Positions 50,258 through 63,700 of a stretch of DNA of 64,000 nucleotides are shown here, piece after piece. Source of the DNA: Heptranchias perlo. Its lineage: Eukaryota. Each line of letters opens with the position of its first letter. Position 1 is the stretch's first letter. Under the pieces are notes generated by a model. The model was not told where the DNA came from and ran no database searches. It saw nothing but the letters and a program-made list of their open reading frames with translations. Where the stretch lies: assembly GCF_035084215.1 (NCBI RefSeq), contig NC_090349.1:9176001-9240000 (forward strand). Reading direction: 5' to 3'. The translations under genes and the position numbers were made by a program.

Positions 50258-51199
50258 AATTCTCCACTATGGGTCTCAGCCCTTCACCTAATTCTCCACT
50301 AATGGGTCTCAGCCCTTCACCTAATTCTCCACTAATGGGTCTCAGCCCTTCACCTAATTCGCCACTATGGGTCTCAGCCCTTCACCTAATTCGCCACTAT
50401 GGGTCTCAGCCCTTCACCTAATTCTCCACTAATGGGTCTCAGCCCTTCACCTAATTCGCCACTATGGGTCTCAGCCCTTCACCTAATTCTCCACTAATGG
50501 GTCTCAGCCCTTCACCTAATTCGCCACTATGGGTCTCAGCCCTTCACCTAATTCGCCACTATGGGTCTCAGCCCTTCACCTAATTCTCCACTAATGGGTC
50601 TCAGCCCTTCACCTAATTCGCCACTATGGGTCTCAGCCCTTCACCTAATTCTCCACTAATGGGTCTCAGCCCTTCACCTAATTCGCCACTATGGGTCTCA
50701 GCCCTTCACCTAATTCGCCACTATGGGTCTCAGCCCTTCACCTAATTCGCCACTATGGGTCTCAGCCCTTCACCTAATTCGCCACTATGGGTCTCAGCCC
50801 TTCACCTAATTCTCCACTATGGGTCTCAGCCCTTCACCTAATTCTCCACTAATGGGTCTCAGCCCTTCACCTAATTCTCCACTAATGGGTCTCAGCCCTT
50901 CACCTAATTCTCCACTATGGGTCTCAGCCCTTCACCTAATTCTCCACTATGGGTCTCAGCCCTTCACCTAATTCTCCACTAATGGGTCTCAGCCCTTCAC
51001 CTAATTCTCCACTAATGGGTCTCAGCCCTTCACCTAATTCTCCACTAATGGGTCTCAGCCCTTCACCTAATTCTCCACTAATGGGTCTCAGCCCTTCACC
51101 TAATTCTCCACTAATGGGTCTCAGCCCTTCACCTAATTCTCCACTATGGGTCTCAGCCCTTCACCTAATTCGCCACGATGGGTCTCAGCCCTTCACCTA
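50258..51199. repeat. Homogeneous 32/33-bp minisatellite (~29 units) upstream of gene D
   Basis: Unit aattc(t/g)ccacta(a)tgggtctcagcccttcacct, head-to-tail with no spacers. Confidence 0.95.
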
Positions 51200-51596
51200 G
51201 TCGCATAATATTTTCAAAAGCAATCTAAACTCTCGATAATAGAAAAGAGCGATATTAATTTTATAGAGTTTTAGTCGAGTACACAAAATTGTCGGCCCTT
51301 AATTAATTTAAGATTACTTAACTGGAACCTTATCTCATTTGATACTCTTCTAACACGAATCTATTTATATATTAGCAATATGGCAATTAATTTCACGGAA
51401 GGCAAATAAAAGCAAATCTGTAAAACTGGAATCTATAATGTAAAACAATCTGTGTCAACAGTTTCTGAAAGCTCCGAGCTCCAGATAGTCTAATTCCGTT
51501 GTCTATGGAAAATTAACAACATTCCTGACACAACAGACTGCATATTGCTTGTCATCAGTTTGGATGGTCCAATTGAGTTTTGCCGTTTCATTAACG

Positions 51597-51650
51597 ATTT
51601 GCATAGATACAGGACAGGCGGTAACGCCTCGTTCACAGGGTTGATAAAAA
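51597..51650 (+). promoter_or_regulatory. Promoter of gene D: octamer ATTTGCAT (51597-51604) and TATA-like GATAAAAA (51643-51650)
   Basis: Perfect octamer ~120 nt upstream of the leader ATG. Confidence 0.88.
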
Positions 51651-51725
51651 GAGATGGCGAAACAGATAAACGATCCGTTTCACCTGGATATCATCGACAT
51701 ATCTGCTTCTATTTAACTCTTCACA

Positions 51726-51774
51726 ATGTCTGAGTGGCTTGTTGTTGTCACCGTGCTGATACTTTTTATGTCAG
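51726..51774 (+). CDS. IGLV: Leader exon of gene D (MSEWLVVVTVLILFMS)
   Basis: 49-nt hydrophobic exon, GTAAAT donor, phase 1. Confidence 0.9.
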
Positions 51775-51878
51775 GTAAATATTCGAACATTTGATTGCAG
51801 GTTGGAATCGCTGTGAATAACGATTTATTGCGCAGTATTAGATAGTGTCTGAAGCTCATACATCTATTCTTTTCACAG

Positions 51879-52235
51879 GCTCAAACGCTGAGGTTACATT
51901 AAGCCAACCACAGTCTCTTTCCACTGCTCTGGGAGGAAACGTCGAAATAAGTTGTACAGTCACCGGAGTCAGCTTGGGAAACGCAGCTGTATCCTGGTAC
52001 CAGCAAAAATCTGGGAATGTTCCTCGGTATATTCTGTACCATAATGCCCAAACTGTAAGCAGAGGCTCCGGCACTCCAGATCGATTCTCCGGAAGAAGTA
52101 GCTCGTCAACCAACGCTGGATATTTAACCATCAGTCAGGTGCAATCGGAGGATGAGGCGAACTATTACTGCGGTGTATGGATTAGCTCCATCAATGCTTT
52201 TGCCTTCGGGACAGGCACCAAGCTGACTTGTCTGA
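51879..52235 (+). CDS. IGLV: Germline-joined VJ exon of Ig light chain D, in frame
   Basis: EVTLSQPQSLS..ISC..WYQQKSG..PDRFSG..EDEANYYCGVWISSINAFAFGTGTKLTCL, GTAAGT donor, no RSS; L+VJ+C = 49+357+329 = 735 nt (244 aa). Confidence 0.95.
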
Positions 52236-53661
52236 GTAAGTAACTTTACTTCGTGCTGTTAGACGAGATGTTATTTTTAATTTACTCCTCAAATGAATAA
52301 GGTTCCAAACATTGAAAATCAGGTGTCTCAGATTTATGAAGTATATAGCACATGTATAAGAGTACTTAAACATACACACAAAAGGCAATACTTACAACTA
52401 AACCTTGCTAGTTTAGTTGAGGGATTCAGACGTGTTAGAGTTCTGAGCTCAGTATCTGACGTCTTATGAATCGAAGTACTCATTACAAACAGACAATTTT
52501 TATACATTTCGCTTACTCCATCCACGTGACAATCCATACAATTCCGTATTACATAATAGTTATAATACAACTTATCAACTTAATTGACTTGTCAATAACT
52601 TCAGTTTTCCTTACACAAGCTATTTTTTCGTAGACTGGTACAACTCCGCTATTTCATTATCTTATTGATACTTCGCTCTTGTTGCATAGAATTGCTATTC
52701 CACCAAATTAAACTTTTAATTATAAGTCTCTCTTTGATTCAGTACCATTTCGCAGCAGGTAATCTCCTCCTTCTGCATAAATCCCAATTAAAAAGTATGA
52801 CTTATACCCAGATGTTTTCTTTTGCAGAACTAACTGTTTCTCCTGCACTTATCAACTGATAAAGTTCTCTGAAATATATGAATCTGTATGCAATGGCAAG
52901 TCTTTTAATTAGGTTTACTGAAGTGACTAATTAACCACTGCTGCAAGGTCAGTCCTGAATCAATAGCCCATTGGTGCTCTCAATTGACTTAAACTTCCCT
53001 GCTGAAAAGGCAATGGCTAAGGGTTATAATTACTACAATATGAAGAGAAATCAATAGTAGTATAACATTAGTAGACTTCAGGACAATCTGATTAACCCTT
53101 TTCTTAAGTGCAATATGTTCCTGTACTCGTGGCAAAGGGTTGTTTCACTTACGGTTTATAAACAATTGTGTACGCCCGATCTACAAATTCATTTTGATTT
53201 ATTCAATTGTAATAATGGGAGGAAGGTCTTTCCAAAAGTCAAAATATAAAATTATTCCACGGCCTATGTTTCAACGGTCATTACCCTTTTCTGTCCTTCC
53301 GTTGTTGGTATTGTTAAAAAAAAAAGGCAAAACATCCAAGCTTATTTAAGCCAGGAGAATTACCATACCCTTTCATTGATTAATTTCCCTCTTCTCTTAA
53401 TTTCCCCATTGGATTGTAACGATTTAATTGTTGCTATTGGAGTCAAAAAGGACACAGCATCAATTAGGCTGTTTATATCGTTAGTCCATATTTTACCCCT
53501 ATAGTCAGAGTTGCTGTTTTTAAGAGGGTACAGATAATTCAATCCTGCGGTGTAATATACACTTAACAGGATTGAATTTGCATTTATATAACGCCTTTTA
53601 CAACCTCAGAACGTTCTGTAGTGTTTCATAATCAATTAATTACTTTTGAAGTATAATCACT

Positions 53662-55835
53662 TAACTGGAGGAGGGCTAATTTCAGTGAGTTAAAAAGGGA
53701 TCTTGCCCAGGTGGATTGGAATCAAAAATTGATAGGCAAAACAGTGATTGAACAATGGGAGGCTTTCAATGAGGAGATGGTTCGGGTACAGTGTAGACAC
53801 ATTCCCACGGGCGATGGGGTGGGGAGAGGAGGGACATCCAAATCTAGACCTCCTTGGATGACTTACAGTATAGAGATTAAAATGAAACAGAAAAAGGAGG
53901 CTTAAGACAAGTGTGAGATTCATAATACAGTAGAGAACCAAGCAAATACAGAAAGTACAGAGGAGATCTAAAAAACAGGCATAAGAGGGGCAAAGAAAGA
54001 GTATGAGAATAGGTTAATGGCTAACATAAAAGAGAACCCAAAAGTCTTTTATAAACATATAAATAGTAAAAGGATGGTCAAAGGATGGGTGGGGCCTATT
54101 GGGAACAAAAAATGAGATCATGTGGAGGCAGAGAACATGGCTGAGATACTAAATAAATACTCCAAATCGGTCTTCACTAGAGAGGAGGATGCTGCCAATG
54201 TAGCAGTAAAGGAGGAGGTAGGAGCGATATTAGATGGGATAAAAAGAGATAAAGAGGAGGTACTTAAAAGATTGGCAGTACTCAAAGTAGAAAAGTCACC
54301 CGGCCCAGATGTGATGCATCCTAGGTTACTGAGGGAAGTAAGAGTAGAAATTGCAGAGGATTCGGCCACAATCTTCCAATGCTCCTTAGATATGGGGGTG
54401 GTGCCAGAAGATTGGGGGATTGCAAATGTTACATCCCTGTTCAAAAAAGGGGATAAGGATAAACCCAGCAATTACAGGCCAGTCAGCCTAACATCAGTGG
54501 TGGGGAATCTTTTAGAGACAATAATCTGGGACAAAAGTAATTGGCACTTAGAAAAGTATCAGCTAATAAATGAAAGTCAACACGGATTTGTTAAAGGCAT
54601 ATCATGTTTGACTAACTTGATTGAGTTATTTGATGAAGTCACAGAGAGGGATAATGAGGGCAATGCGGTTGACATTGTGTATATGGACTTTCAAAAGGTG
54701 CCACATAATAGGCTTGTCAGCAAAATTCAAGCCCATGGAATAAAAGGGGCAGTAGCAGCATGGATACGAAATTGGTAAAGGACAGAAAGCAGAGAGTAGT
54801 GGTGAACGGGTGTTTTACAGACTGAAGGGAAGTGTACAGTGGTGTTCCCCAGGGGTCAGTATTAGGATCACTGCTCTTTCTATATGAACGACCTGGACTT
54901 GGATATACAAGGTATAATTTCAAAGTTTGCAGATGACATGAAACTCGAGAATATAGTAAACAATGTGAAGGATAGTAACAGACTTCAAGAGGACATAGAC
55001 AGATTGCTGAAATGGGCAGACACATGGCAGATGAAACTTAATTCAGAGACATGTGAAGTGATACATTTTGGTAAGAAGAATGAGGAGAGGCAATATAAAC
55101 TAAATGGTACAATTTTAAAGGAGGTGCAGGAACAGAGAGCCCTGGGGTGTATGAACACAAATCTTTGAAGTTAGCAGGACAAGTTGAGAAGGTTGTTTAG
55201 AAAGCAAATGGCATCCTGGACTTTATTAATAGAGGCATAGCGTACAAAAGCAAGGAAGTTATGCTAAACCTTTAGAAAATACTGGTTAGACCCTAGCTGG
55301 AGTATTGTGTTCAATTCTGGGCACCACATTTTAGGAAACATGTCAAGGCCTTAGAGAGGGTGCAGAACAGAATGGTACTATGGATGAGGGACTTCAGTTG
55401 TGTGGCGAGACTGGAGAAGCTGGGTTGTTCTTAGAGCAGAGAAGGTTACGAGGAGATTTGATAGAGGTGTTTCAAAATCATGAACAGTTTTGATAGAGTA
55501 AATAAGGAGAAACTGTTGCCAGTGGCAGAACAGTCGGTAACCAGAGGACACAGATTTAAGGTGATTGGCAAAAGAACCAGAGGCGGCATGAGGAAAATCT
55601 TTTTATGAGGAGAGTTGTTATGATCTGGAATGCACTGCCTGAAAGCGTGGTGGAAGCAGATTCAATAATAAATTTCAAAAGGGAATTGGATAAATACTTG
55701 AAGGGAAAAAAATTACAGGACAATGGGAAAAGAGTGGGGGAGTGGGACTAATTGGATAACTCTTTCAAAGAGCCGGCACAGGCAAGATGAGCCAAATGGC
55801 CTCCTTCTGTGCTGTAACACATACGATACTATGAT
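53662..55835 (+). mobile_element. CR1 LINE in the J-C intron of D
   Basis: ORFs 54122-54778 and 54884-55168 (NYRPVSL, QHGFVKG, KFADD) and a 3' tail; splits a SINE. Confidence 0.9.
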
Positions 55836-56294
55836 AATATAGGGAAGTGTAGCCGTTATTAGGCACACAGCAAGGTCCCAGCAATGAGATAAATGACCAC
55901 ATAATATCACCTTGGTGGTGTTGTTTGAAGGATAAATGTTGTCTGGGACACCAGGAGAATGCCCTGCTCTTTTTCAAGAAGCGCCATTGAGAGGGCAGAT
56001 GGGGCCTCGGTTTAACCTCATCCAAAAGAGTAAAGCTCCAAAGGTGCAATACTCTCTCAGTGCTGCACTATGATGTAAGCCTAGATTATGCACACAAGTC
56101 TCTGGAGTGGGGTTTGAACCCACAATCTTCCAATTGGGAGGTAAGAGTGCGACCAGTGAACCAAGGCTGATATTATGGGGTATATCTTGACTTCATGCGG
56201 TAGTGTAAAACCAGTCAATTGAAATAAGAATCAGAAGAGATGTAAATCTTGCTGCTGATTCACTGTGACCTGTTTTACACTATCGCACAAAGTC

Positions 56295-59200
56295 ATAAGA
56301 ACATAAGAAAGAGGAGCAGGAGTAGGCCATACCGCCCCTCGAGCCAGCTCCGCCATTCAATCAGATCATGGCTGATCTTCTACAGCAACTCCACATTCCC
56401 GCCTGATCCCCACATCCTTTGATTCCCCGAGAGTCCAAAAATCTATCCATCTCAGCCTTGAATATATTCAAAGACTCAGCATCCACAGCCCTCTAGGGTA
56501 GAGAATTCCAAAAATTCACAACCCTCTGCATGAAGTAATTCCTCCTTATCTCAGTCTTGAATGGCCGACCCCTTATCCTGCGACTATGCCCCCTAGTTCT
56601 AGTCTCTCTAGCCAGGGGAAACAATCTCTCAGCATCTACCCCATCAAGTCCACTCATAATCTTATATGTTTCAATGAGATCACCTCTCATTCTTCTAAAC
56701 TCTAGAGAGTAAAGGCCCATTTTACTCAACCTCTCTTCATAGGAAAACCCTCTCATCCCAGGAATTAATCTAGTGAACCTTCATTGCACTGCCTCTAAGG
56801 CAAGTATATCCTTCCTTAGATAAGGAGACCAAAACCATATGCAGTTCTCCAGGTGAGGTCTCACTAAAGCTTCCCTACTCTTGTACTCCAACCCCTTGTA
56901 ATAAAGACCAACATGCCATTTGCTTTCCTAATTGTCTGCTGTACCTGCATACTAACTTTTTGTGTTTCTTGTATGAGGACACCTAAGTCTCTCCAGGAAC
57001 AGCAACATTTAATAGTTTCTCACCATTTAAAAAATATTCTGTTTTTCTATTCTTCCTACCAAAGTGGATAACCTCCCATTTCCCCACATTATACTCCATC
57101 TGCCACCTTCTTGCCCACTCACTTAATCTGTTTATATCCCTTTGCAGACTCTTTGTGTCCTCCTCACAGCTTACTTTCCCACCTAGCTTTGTGTCATCAG
57201 CAAACATGGATACATTACACTCGGTCCCTTCATTTAAGTCATTAATATGGATTGTAAATAGCTGAGACCCAAGCACCAATCTTGCGGCACTCCACTAGTT
57301 ACAGCCTGCCAACCTGAGAATGACCCATTTATCTCTACTCTCTGTTTTCTGTCCTTCAACCAATCCTCTGTCCATGCTATTACCCCCAACCCCATGAGCC
57401 CTTACCTTGTGCAACAACCTTTTATGTGGCACCTTATCCAATGCCTTTTGAAAATCCAAATATACTACATCCACTGGTTCCCATTTATCTACCCTGCTAG
57501 TTACATCCACAAAAAACTCTAATAAATTTGTCAAACACGATTTCCCTTTCATAAAACCATGCTGACTCTGCCTAATCATATTATGATTTTCAAAGTGCCC
57601 TGTTACCACTTCTTTAATAATGGATTCCAGCATTTTCCCGATGACGGATGTCAGGCTAATTGGCCTGTAGTTCCCTGTTTTCTCTCTCCCTCCCTTCTTG
57701 AACAGCGGGGTAACATTTGTTACATTCCAGTCCATTGGGACCGTTCCAGAATCTAGATAATTTTGGAAGATCATAACCAATGCATCCATTATCTCTTCAG
57801 CCACCTCTTTTAGAATCCTAGGATATAGTCCATCAGGTCCAGGGGATTTGTTGGCTTTTCGTCCCATTAGTTTGTCCAGTACTTTTTCTCTAATGATATT
57901 AATTGTTTTAAGTTCTTCATGCTCATTCACCCCTTGGTTCCCCACTATTTTTGGTATGCTTTTTGTGTCCTCTACTGTGAAGACAGATACAAAATATTTG
58001 TTTAACGCCTCTGCCATTTCCTAATTCCCCATTATAATTTCTCCTGTCACAGCCTCATAGGGACCAACATTTACTTTTGTTACTCTCTTCCTTTTTACAT
58101 ACTTGTAGAAACTCTTACAATTCGTTTTTATATTTCTTGCTAGTTTACTTTCATATTCTATTTTCTCCCCTTTCATCAATTTTTTGGTCGTCCTTTGTTG
58201 GTTTCTAAAACTCTCCCAGTCCCAGGCTTATTATTCTTCTTGGCAACATTGTAGGCCTCTTCTTTCAATCTAATACTCTCCTTAACTTCTTTAGTTAGCC
58301 AGGGGTGGATCACTTTTTCCGTGGAGTTTTTATTTCTCAATGGAATGTATATTTGTTGAGAATATTGAAATATTTATGTAAATGTTTGCCATTGCTTTTC
58401 AGCTGTCAAAGCCTTTAATTTAATTTCCTTATCTACCTTTGACAACTCGCCCTTCATACATGTAATTGGCTTTATTTAAGTTTAAGTCTCTAGTTTCTGA
58501 CTTAAGTATGTTACTTTCAAACTCAATGTGAAATTCTATCATATTATGATCACTCTTCCCCAGAGGTTCTTTTACTGTGAGATTACTAATTAACCCTATG
58601 ACGTTAATAATACAAGATCTAAAATAACCTGTTCCCTGGTTGTTTCCATGAAGTATTGCTCTAGGAAACCGTCTCAAATGCATTCCATTAACTCATCTTC
58701 CAAACTACCTTTGCCAATTTGATTTGCCCAGTCTATATGCAGATTAAAGTCCCCCCATGATGACTGCATTTTCTCTGTTAGAAGCTCCTATTATTTCATG
58801 ATTAATACTCTGTCCAACAATATTGCTGCTATTAGGGAGCTGGTAAACTACTCCCACCACTGTTTTCTGCCCCTTGTTATTTCTAATTTCCACCCATATT
58901 GATTCTACTTCCTGATCTTCTGAGCCAAGATCCTTTCTCACCAAAGTCCTTATGTCATCCTTTATTGTTGGGGCTACATCCCCCCCCCCCCCTTTTCCAT
59001 TCTGCCTGTCTTTTCTAAATGTCATGTACCCTGGAATATTTAGTTCCCAACCTTGGTCATTTTGCAACCATGTCTCTGTAATGGCTATTAGGTCAAACCC
59101 ATTTATCTCTATTTGTGTAATTAATTCATCTGTCTTGTTATGAACGTACAGCTCTGTGCATTCAGGTAAAGAGCCTTTAATTTTGACTTTTTACCATTTT

Positions 59201-59480
59201 GCCTGCTTTGACCTTACTTGTTGCTGCACATTATTGATAAACTCTCTGTCCCTTCCTGCCACACTCTGCTTATCTTTACCCAAATCACTACACTGCTCTA
59301 TTGTCTTAACTTTTCTCATTAGATTTCTAAATTTCCCCTCACCTGACCCCTCCTTCCCGAACCCCCCTTTTTTTTTAGTTTAAAGCCCTATCTACAGCCC
59401 TTGTTATTCCATTCGCCAGAACGCTGGTCCCAGCCCGGTTTAACTGGAGCTCCCTCTTTCCCCAGTACTGGTGCCAATGC
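56295..59480 (-). mobile_element. CR1 LINE in the J-C intron of D
   Basis: Endonuclease and RT fragments (58744-59067, 57295-58017, 56983-57279, 56493-56756); interrupts a MITE. Confidence 0.9.
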
Positions 59481-60386
59481 CCCTGGTTAAGATCTACCCC
59501 TGAGTCTTCCTGAGTTCCCTAATATATTAAATCCGTAAAATAATAATTAGTGAGGTTGACAAAGGAATGTGTGGGACACAGATAAAAAGGGGCATGAGGT
59601 AAAGACATACAGTATTATTAAGAAGATGGAAGATAGCTTGCATTAAGTGTTGGTGCGCCGGGGGGTCAGTGGTTGAATTTGGAACGCAAAATTACCCGGA
59701 ATTTTGGGAAGATCCGAATAAATGTCAGCGAGTACCACAAACTGTAATATTTCACCGGAAGTTTGATCGTTATCCTTTATTATTTTGACTTCAGGTTGTC
59801 TTGTCATTTTATTGAGCTATTTTATAACCTGTGAACAGAGCTGGGAGTGTGCGTGCTGGAATATTTCATTTCCTTACAAACCCAGTAAGATTGTAAGTGA
59901 AACGTCGGGAGCGCAACTGCCGCGGGCAACAATGCTGGCAGAAGATGAGCGACACTTTCCCGTAGTGTGTTCTGTCTGTTCTCTTTCTTTGATAGCTTAA
60001 TGTGTGTGTCCTCTACTTTTTATAGACACTAATTCATGAAATGCAATCAGTGCATCGAAACTGTAGTTTGGCATTTAATATACTTGGAGCGCCATTCTGT
60101 AAATATATCAGGGCACACAGAATATGTGACGGCCCTGATCCAAATAACCTCAGTTTTCAATTAGAATTATTATTCGAAATATTTAGCGGCATTAACTATT
60201 TTATTTATAAACACTTGGGGAGATTGCATAGAATTTGTGCTATCTTTCAGGGGTTTCCGCCGAAGTTACGGCCGACGAGCGGGAGAACACGCTGGGAAAT
60301 TCAGCCGCAACTGCTTTGTTCCAGTATTGCAGTAACACCTGGTTTATTTATTTACTTATCTGCCTTTAAACTATTTCCCTTTCCAG

Positions 60387-60715
60387 CCCGAGAGACGTCC
60401 AGCCCTTCGGTATCCCTCCTCCCGCCGGCGTCCGATCAGATCTCTGCTGCAAAGGCGGCGACCCTGGTGTGTTTGGTGAATAATTTTTTCCCGGGTTCGG
60501 TGGAAGTATCGTGGAGCGTAGACGGCAAGATCACGGACACTGGTGTCCAGACGACTCAGGCCGTACGGGACACCGATCAGACGTACAGTCTGAGCAGTTA
60601 TCTGACCCTGTCCGCCACCGACTGGAACTCACACCAAGTGTACACCTGCGGGGTTACACATGAGTCTCTCGGGTCTCAACTCAAGCAAAGTATCGAGAGA
60701 TCAGCCTGCCAGTGA
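60387..60715 (+). CDS. IGLC: Ig light-chain constant exon (lambda-type), gene D
   Basis: Acceptor tttccctttccag; same protein as the cluster A C exon apart from the split first codon. Confidence 0.95.
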
Positions 60716-63700
60716 AAGAGAAAACCCGCCGTATTCGGTATAAAGTCTGTTATCGAACATGGAGCAGGGACTGTTAAAACGATTTCATTTTTTCCTTTGC
60801 TTGTAATCTTATATCCGATTTCTTAACTGTATCAGGAATGGATCCTGTATTATCGATTTAAAATATCGTTTATTACAATCATATTTCATTCGCAGAGGTG
60901 GTGAATCTGTCAGTGTCTTTTTTATCCAAAAAGTGGACAGTAATTTCTCTGAAACCAATGCCAGTGAATATTTTAGTTAAGCACTACTCATTTTTTGACA
61001 TCAATTGGAAAAAGATAGCCATCACCCAGAACTTAAATTATTATTTAATTCAACCCAGAATCATTTTCCAGACCTACGTTTCAAATTAATTTATGAATTG
61101 TAAACATATAGGAGACATATATAACAGATATTCTTCGGTTTACATTAGTTAGGATAGAAATTCCGCGGGGTTCTCCCGATCTCACGCCTCAACTTTGACG
61201 GAAGATCGATGGAAACCGCAGTGAAACGGCTGCTTTGACGCCGCTTCTCCGAAGTTTCACCGATCTTCCATCGGAGAGCCCCCCCACCACCCCCGAAATT
61301 CCAAGCGGTTAATTACAAAATCCGCTCCATAACTAAACCAAATAAAGTGCGGAGGTGACTTCATGTTGATGCGGCTACATTTCACTAGTAATTTCACCTA
61401 ACCATCTACAGAAGAAATTAGCGTTGAGGTTATCAATAATTCCGCCAATGTCAGACATTCATTCCTGTATCACCTTACCCCCAATATCTCAGCTCTTTTC
61501 AAACTCTCTAGTTATCTGTCACTGGTAGCCCGGAGCTCTTCCAATGCCTTCTTTCGTTTTTTACTCTATTACCCATTTCTTTCTTTACGTTTTCACTTTA
61601 AATACACCCGGCTCATTGAGTAGCTTATGTTGCTTTATGGTGCTACATGTATCAAGAGTGAACTGTTTCTAAGGCATCGATATTTAGAACAATTTGAAAC
61701 CCATTTTCCGTGTTATATACTCGTCAGTAGTTGGGATATTCCATTCATCCCTGCAATGTTCAAACAGCTATATTAAAAATATATATCTTGAGAGTTTTTA
61801 AAGAAACAGAGAGGCTGTGTGTGTGTGTGCGCGCATATGTTTATATATGTGTGTGTGTGTGTGACCAGGCGAGGACAGGAATGTTGCAGAGCTGCTGACT
61901 GCACTAGGCCGCTGAAACAAGTAGAACCAAGCAAGGGCAGTCCTGTGGATGTGGACCATGGAGGAGAGATGGTGATGAAGGATTAAATGGTTGAACATGT
62001 GACGCACGGGGAGAGGTCCAGAAGAATAAGGGATAATGCCTCACAGTCGCGTCACAAGGATTTCATCGGTGACTTTGACCAGAAATTCCGCGGGGTTCTC
62101 CCGATCTCACGCCTCAAGCAAGACCATAGGGTTAAAACAGAGAATTATGGGCGATACTGATTGCAGAAAAAAAAAAGATATAAAAGGGTTACTGTATCCA
62201 GTCCTTTAAAATAGTCCCTTTAAACCCCGTTATGTAATTCACTAATATAAATAGATAATTGGAGAAACTGCACACTTGCATCTGGAAGTTCCTTCGGTAT
62301 GAATAGATTTTAAACCGATCTCTTTTAGTCTGACTCCTGAGGTAAATTGTGTAATAAGAAACAGCGACTCTAAAAATGTTCCTTTCACCTCTCCCGAGCA
62401 ACGAAACATCTCAGCAAAATAAGAACGAGAAAGCCATTTTGTTTCTTTACCCATTTCTGTTACTGTTTTAAGGCTTTCAGTGATTTACCAACTGTACCCG
62501 GGCGTGGATCTTTGTCCCTATGATCCAGAGGTTGTAACTCCTCTATACCTTCTCCTCGAAATGTGGTGAAGAGTTCACAACTACCTCACTTGCATTAATT
62601 AATATGAAGTAAAAATCAGCAGATACTAAAAGTACAACAAATATACCTTGTAAATTCAATAAGAAAGCGCCAAATGGGTCATTTAGCCTTAGAAAGAACC
62701 CCTCTGATTCAACCGAAGAGTCTCTGGGAATTGAACAAGATATTCTTATTGCTCAGGAAAACTCGAGGGGTAGAATTTCTGCGGTGAGTGCTCACTATCG
62801 TCCGCCTTAGCTTCGGCGGAAGATCGCGCAAACCCCAGGGAAATGACCGTTTAGACCGTTTCTGTAGGGTTTCCATAGAATTTACGGCGGGAGATCGGCG
62901 AATCCCCCGGAAATTCTATACCCTTAAGTTGTTCCGAAGTTCTCGCTTTTAACCTCTTATGTGGGAATACAACAAATATAGATGTATGCACGAAAAAGGA
63001 GGATACACGTGGGCGTGTCAAAAATAGTGCAAGTACGGTTAGATAATAAGGATTTTCACGAATAAGGACTTTATGCACAGATGAGATATTTATCTTTACC
63101 GCAGTTCAATCCACAGATTCTCCCCCTCCCTTGGCAAATACTTAAACTGCAAAAAAAACTTACTGGATACAATGGGGGTTAAATTGGTTAACCCCAGAAA
63201 CTGGGCGCGATCCGCTATTAATCCGCACCTGGTGCAGGCAGGACAAAGCATTAGTCCTGCCTGAACACTTACCTCAGCCAAGCGTTAAAAACCTGCCTTG
63301 ACACAAGGATTAAAGGACATCCGAACTCTCCACCAGCAGGGGGAGCTCGAATCTTTAAAGGCGGGCTGTCTCTCACACAGATTTCCCCCCTCCCCTGATA
63401 AATATATAAACCAGAAAAAAATAACTTACTAGATACATTAACTGCAAACTGGGAATGTTCATTAGTCAGTGGAAAGGGAGCTGAACGGTAGGAAGCCAGT
63501 GGCAGCATCAGAGAATGGAGAGATCTCGGCTCAAACCCAGCAAAGATAATACAGCTTAAAAAACAATCTTAGCAAAAGTCTAACGGACTTCCCTCAGCCA
63601 AGCCAATGTTTAGTCTTCCTGTTAAGATTAACTTTCTGCCGGGGTTCTCCCGATCGTGCGCCGAAACTTCAGCGTAAGAACGCCGGAAACCCCGGACAAA

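Noticed and set aside
50258-51199. CRISPR-like array (32/33-bp repeats)
   Set aside because: Units are head-to-tail with no unique spacers, there are no cas genes, and the context is vertebrate; it is a minisatellite
50258-51199. Heptamer-like CACTATG/CACGATG words in the minisatellite as cryptic RSSs
   Set aside because: No nonamer-like word at 12 or 23 nt spacing
52213-52252. J/donor region of D looks closer to A and C than to B (possible second conversion tract)
   Set aside because: Tract is short, and decay of pseudogene B explains it equally well
60041-60386. N-terminal extension of the 224-aa ORF containing the C domain
   Set aside because: Intron read-through; a strong acceptor at 60385-60386 defines the exon
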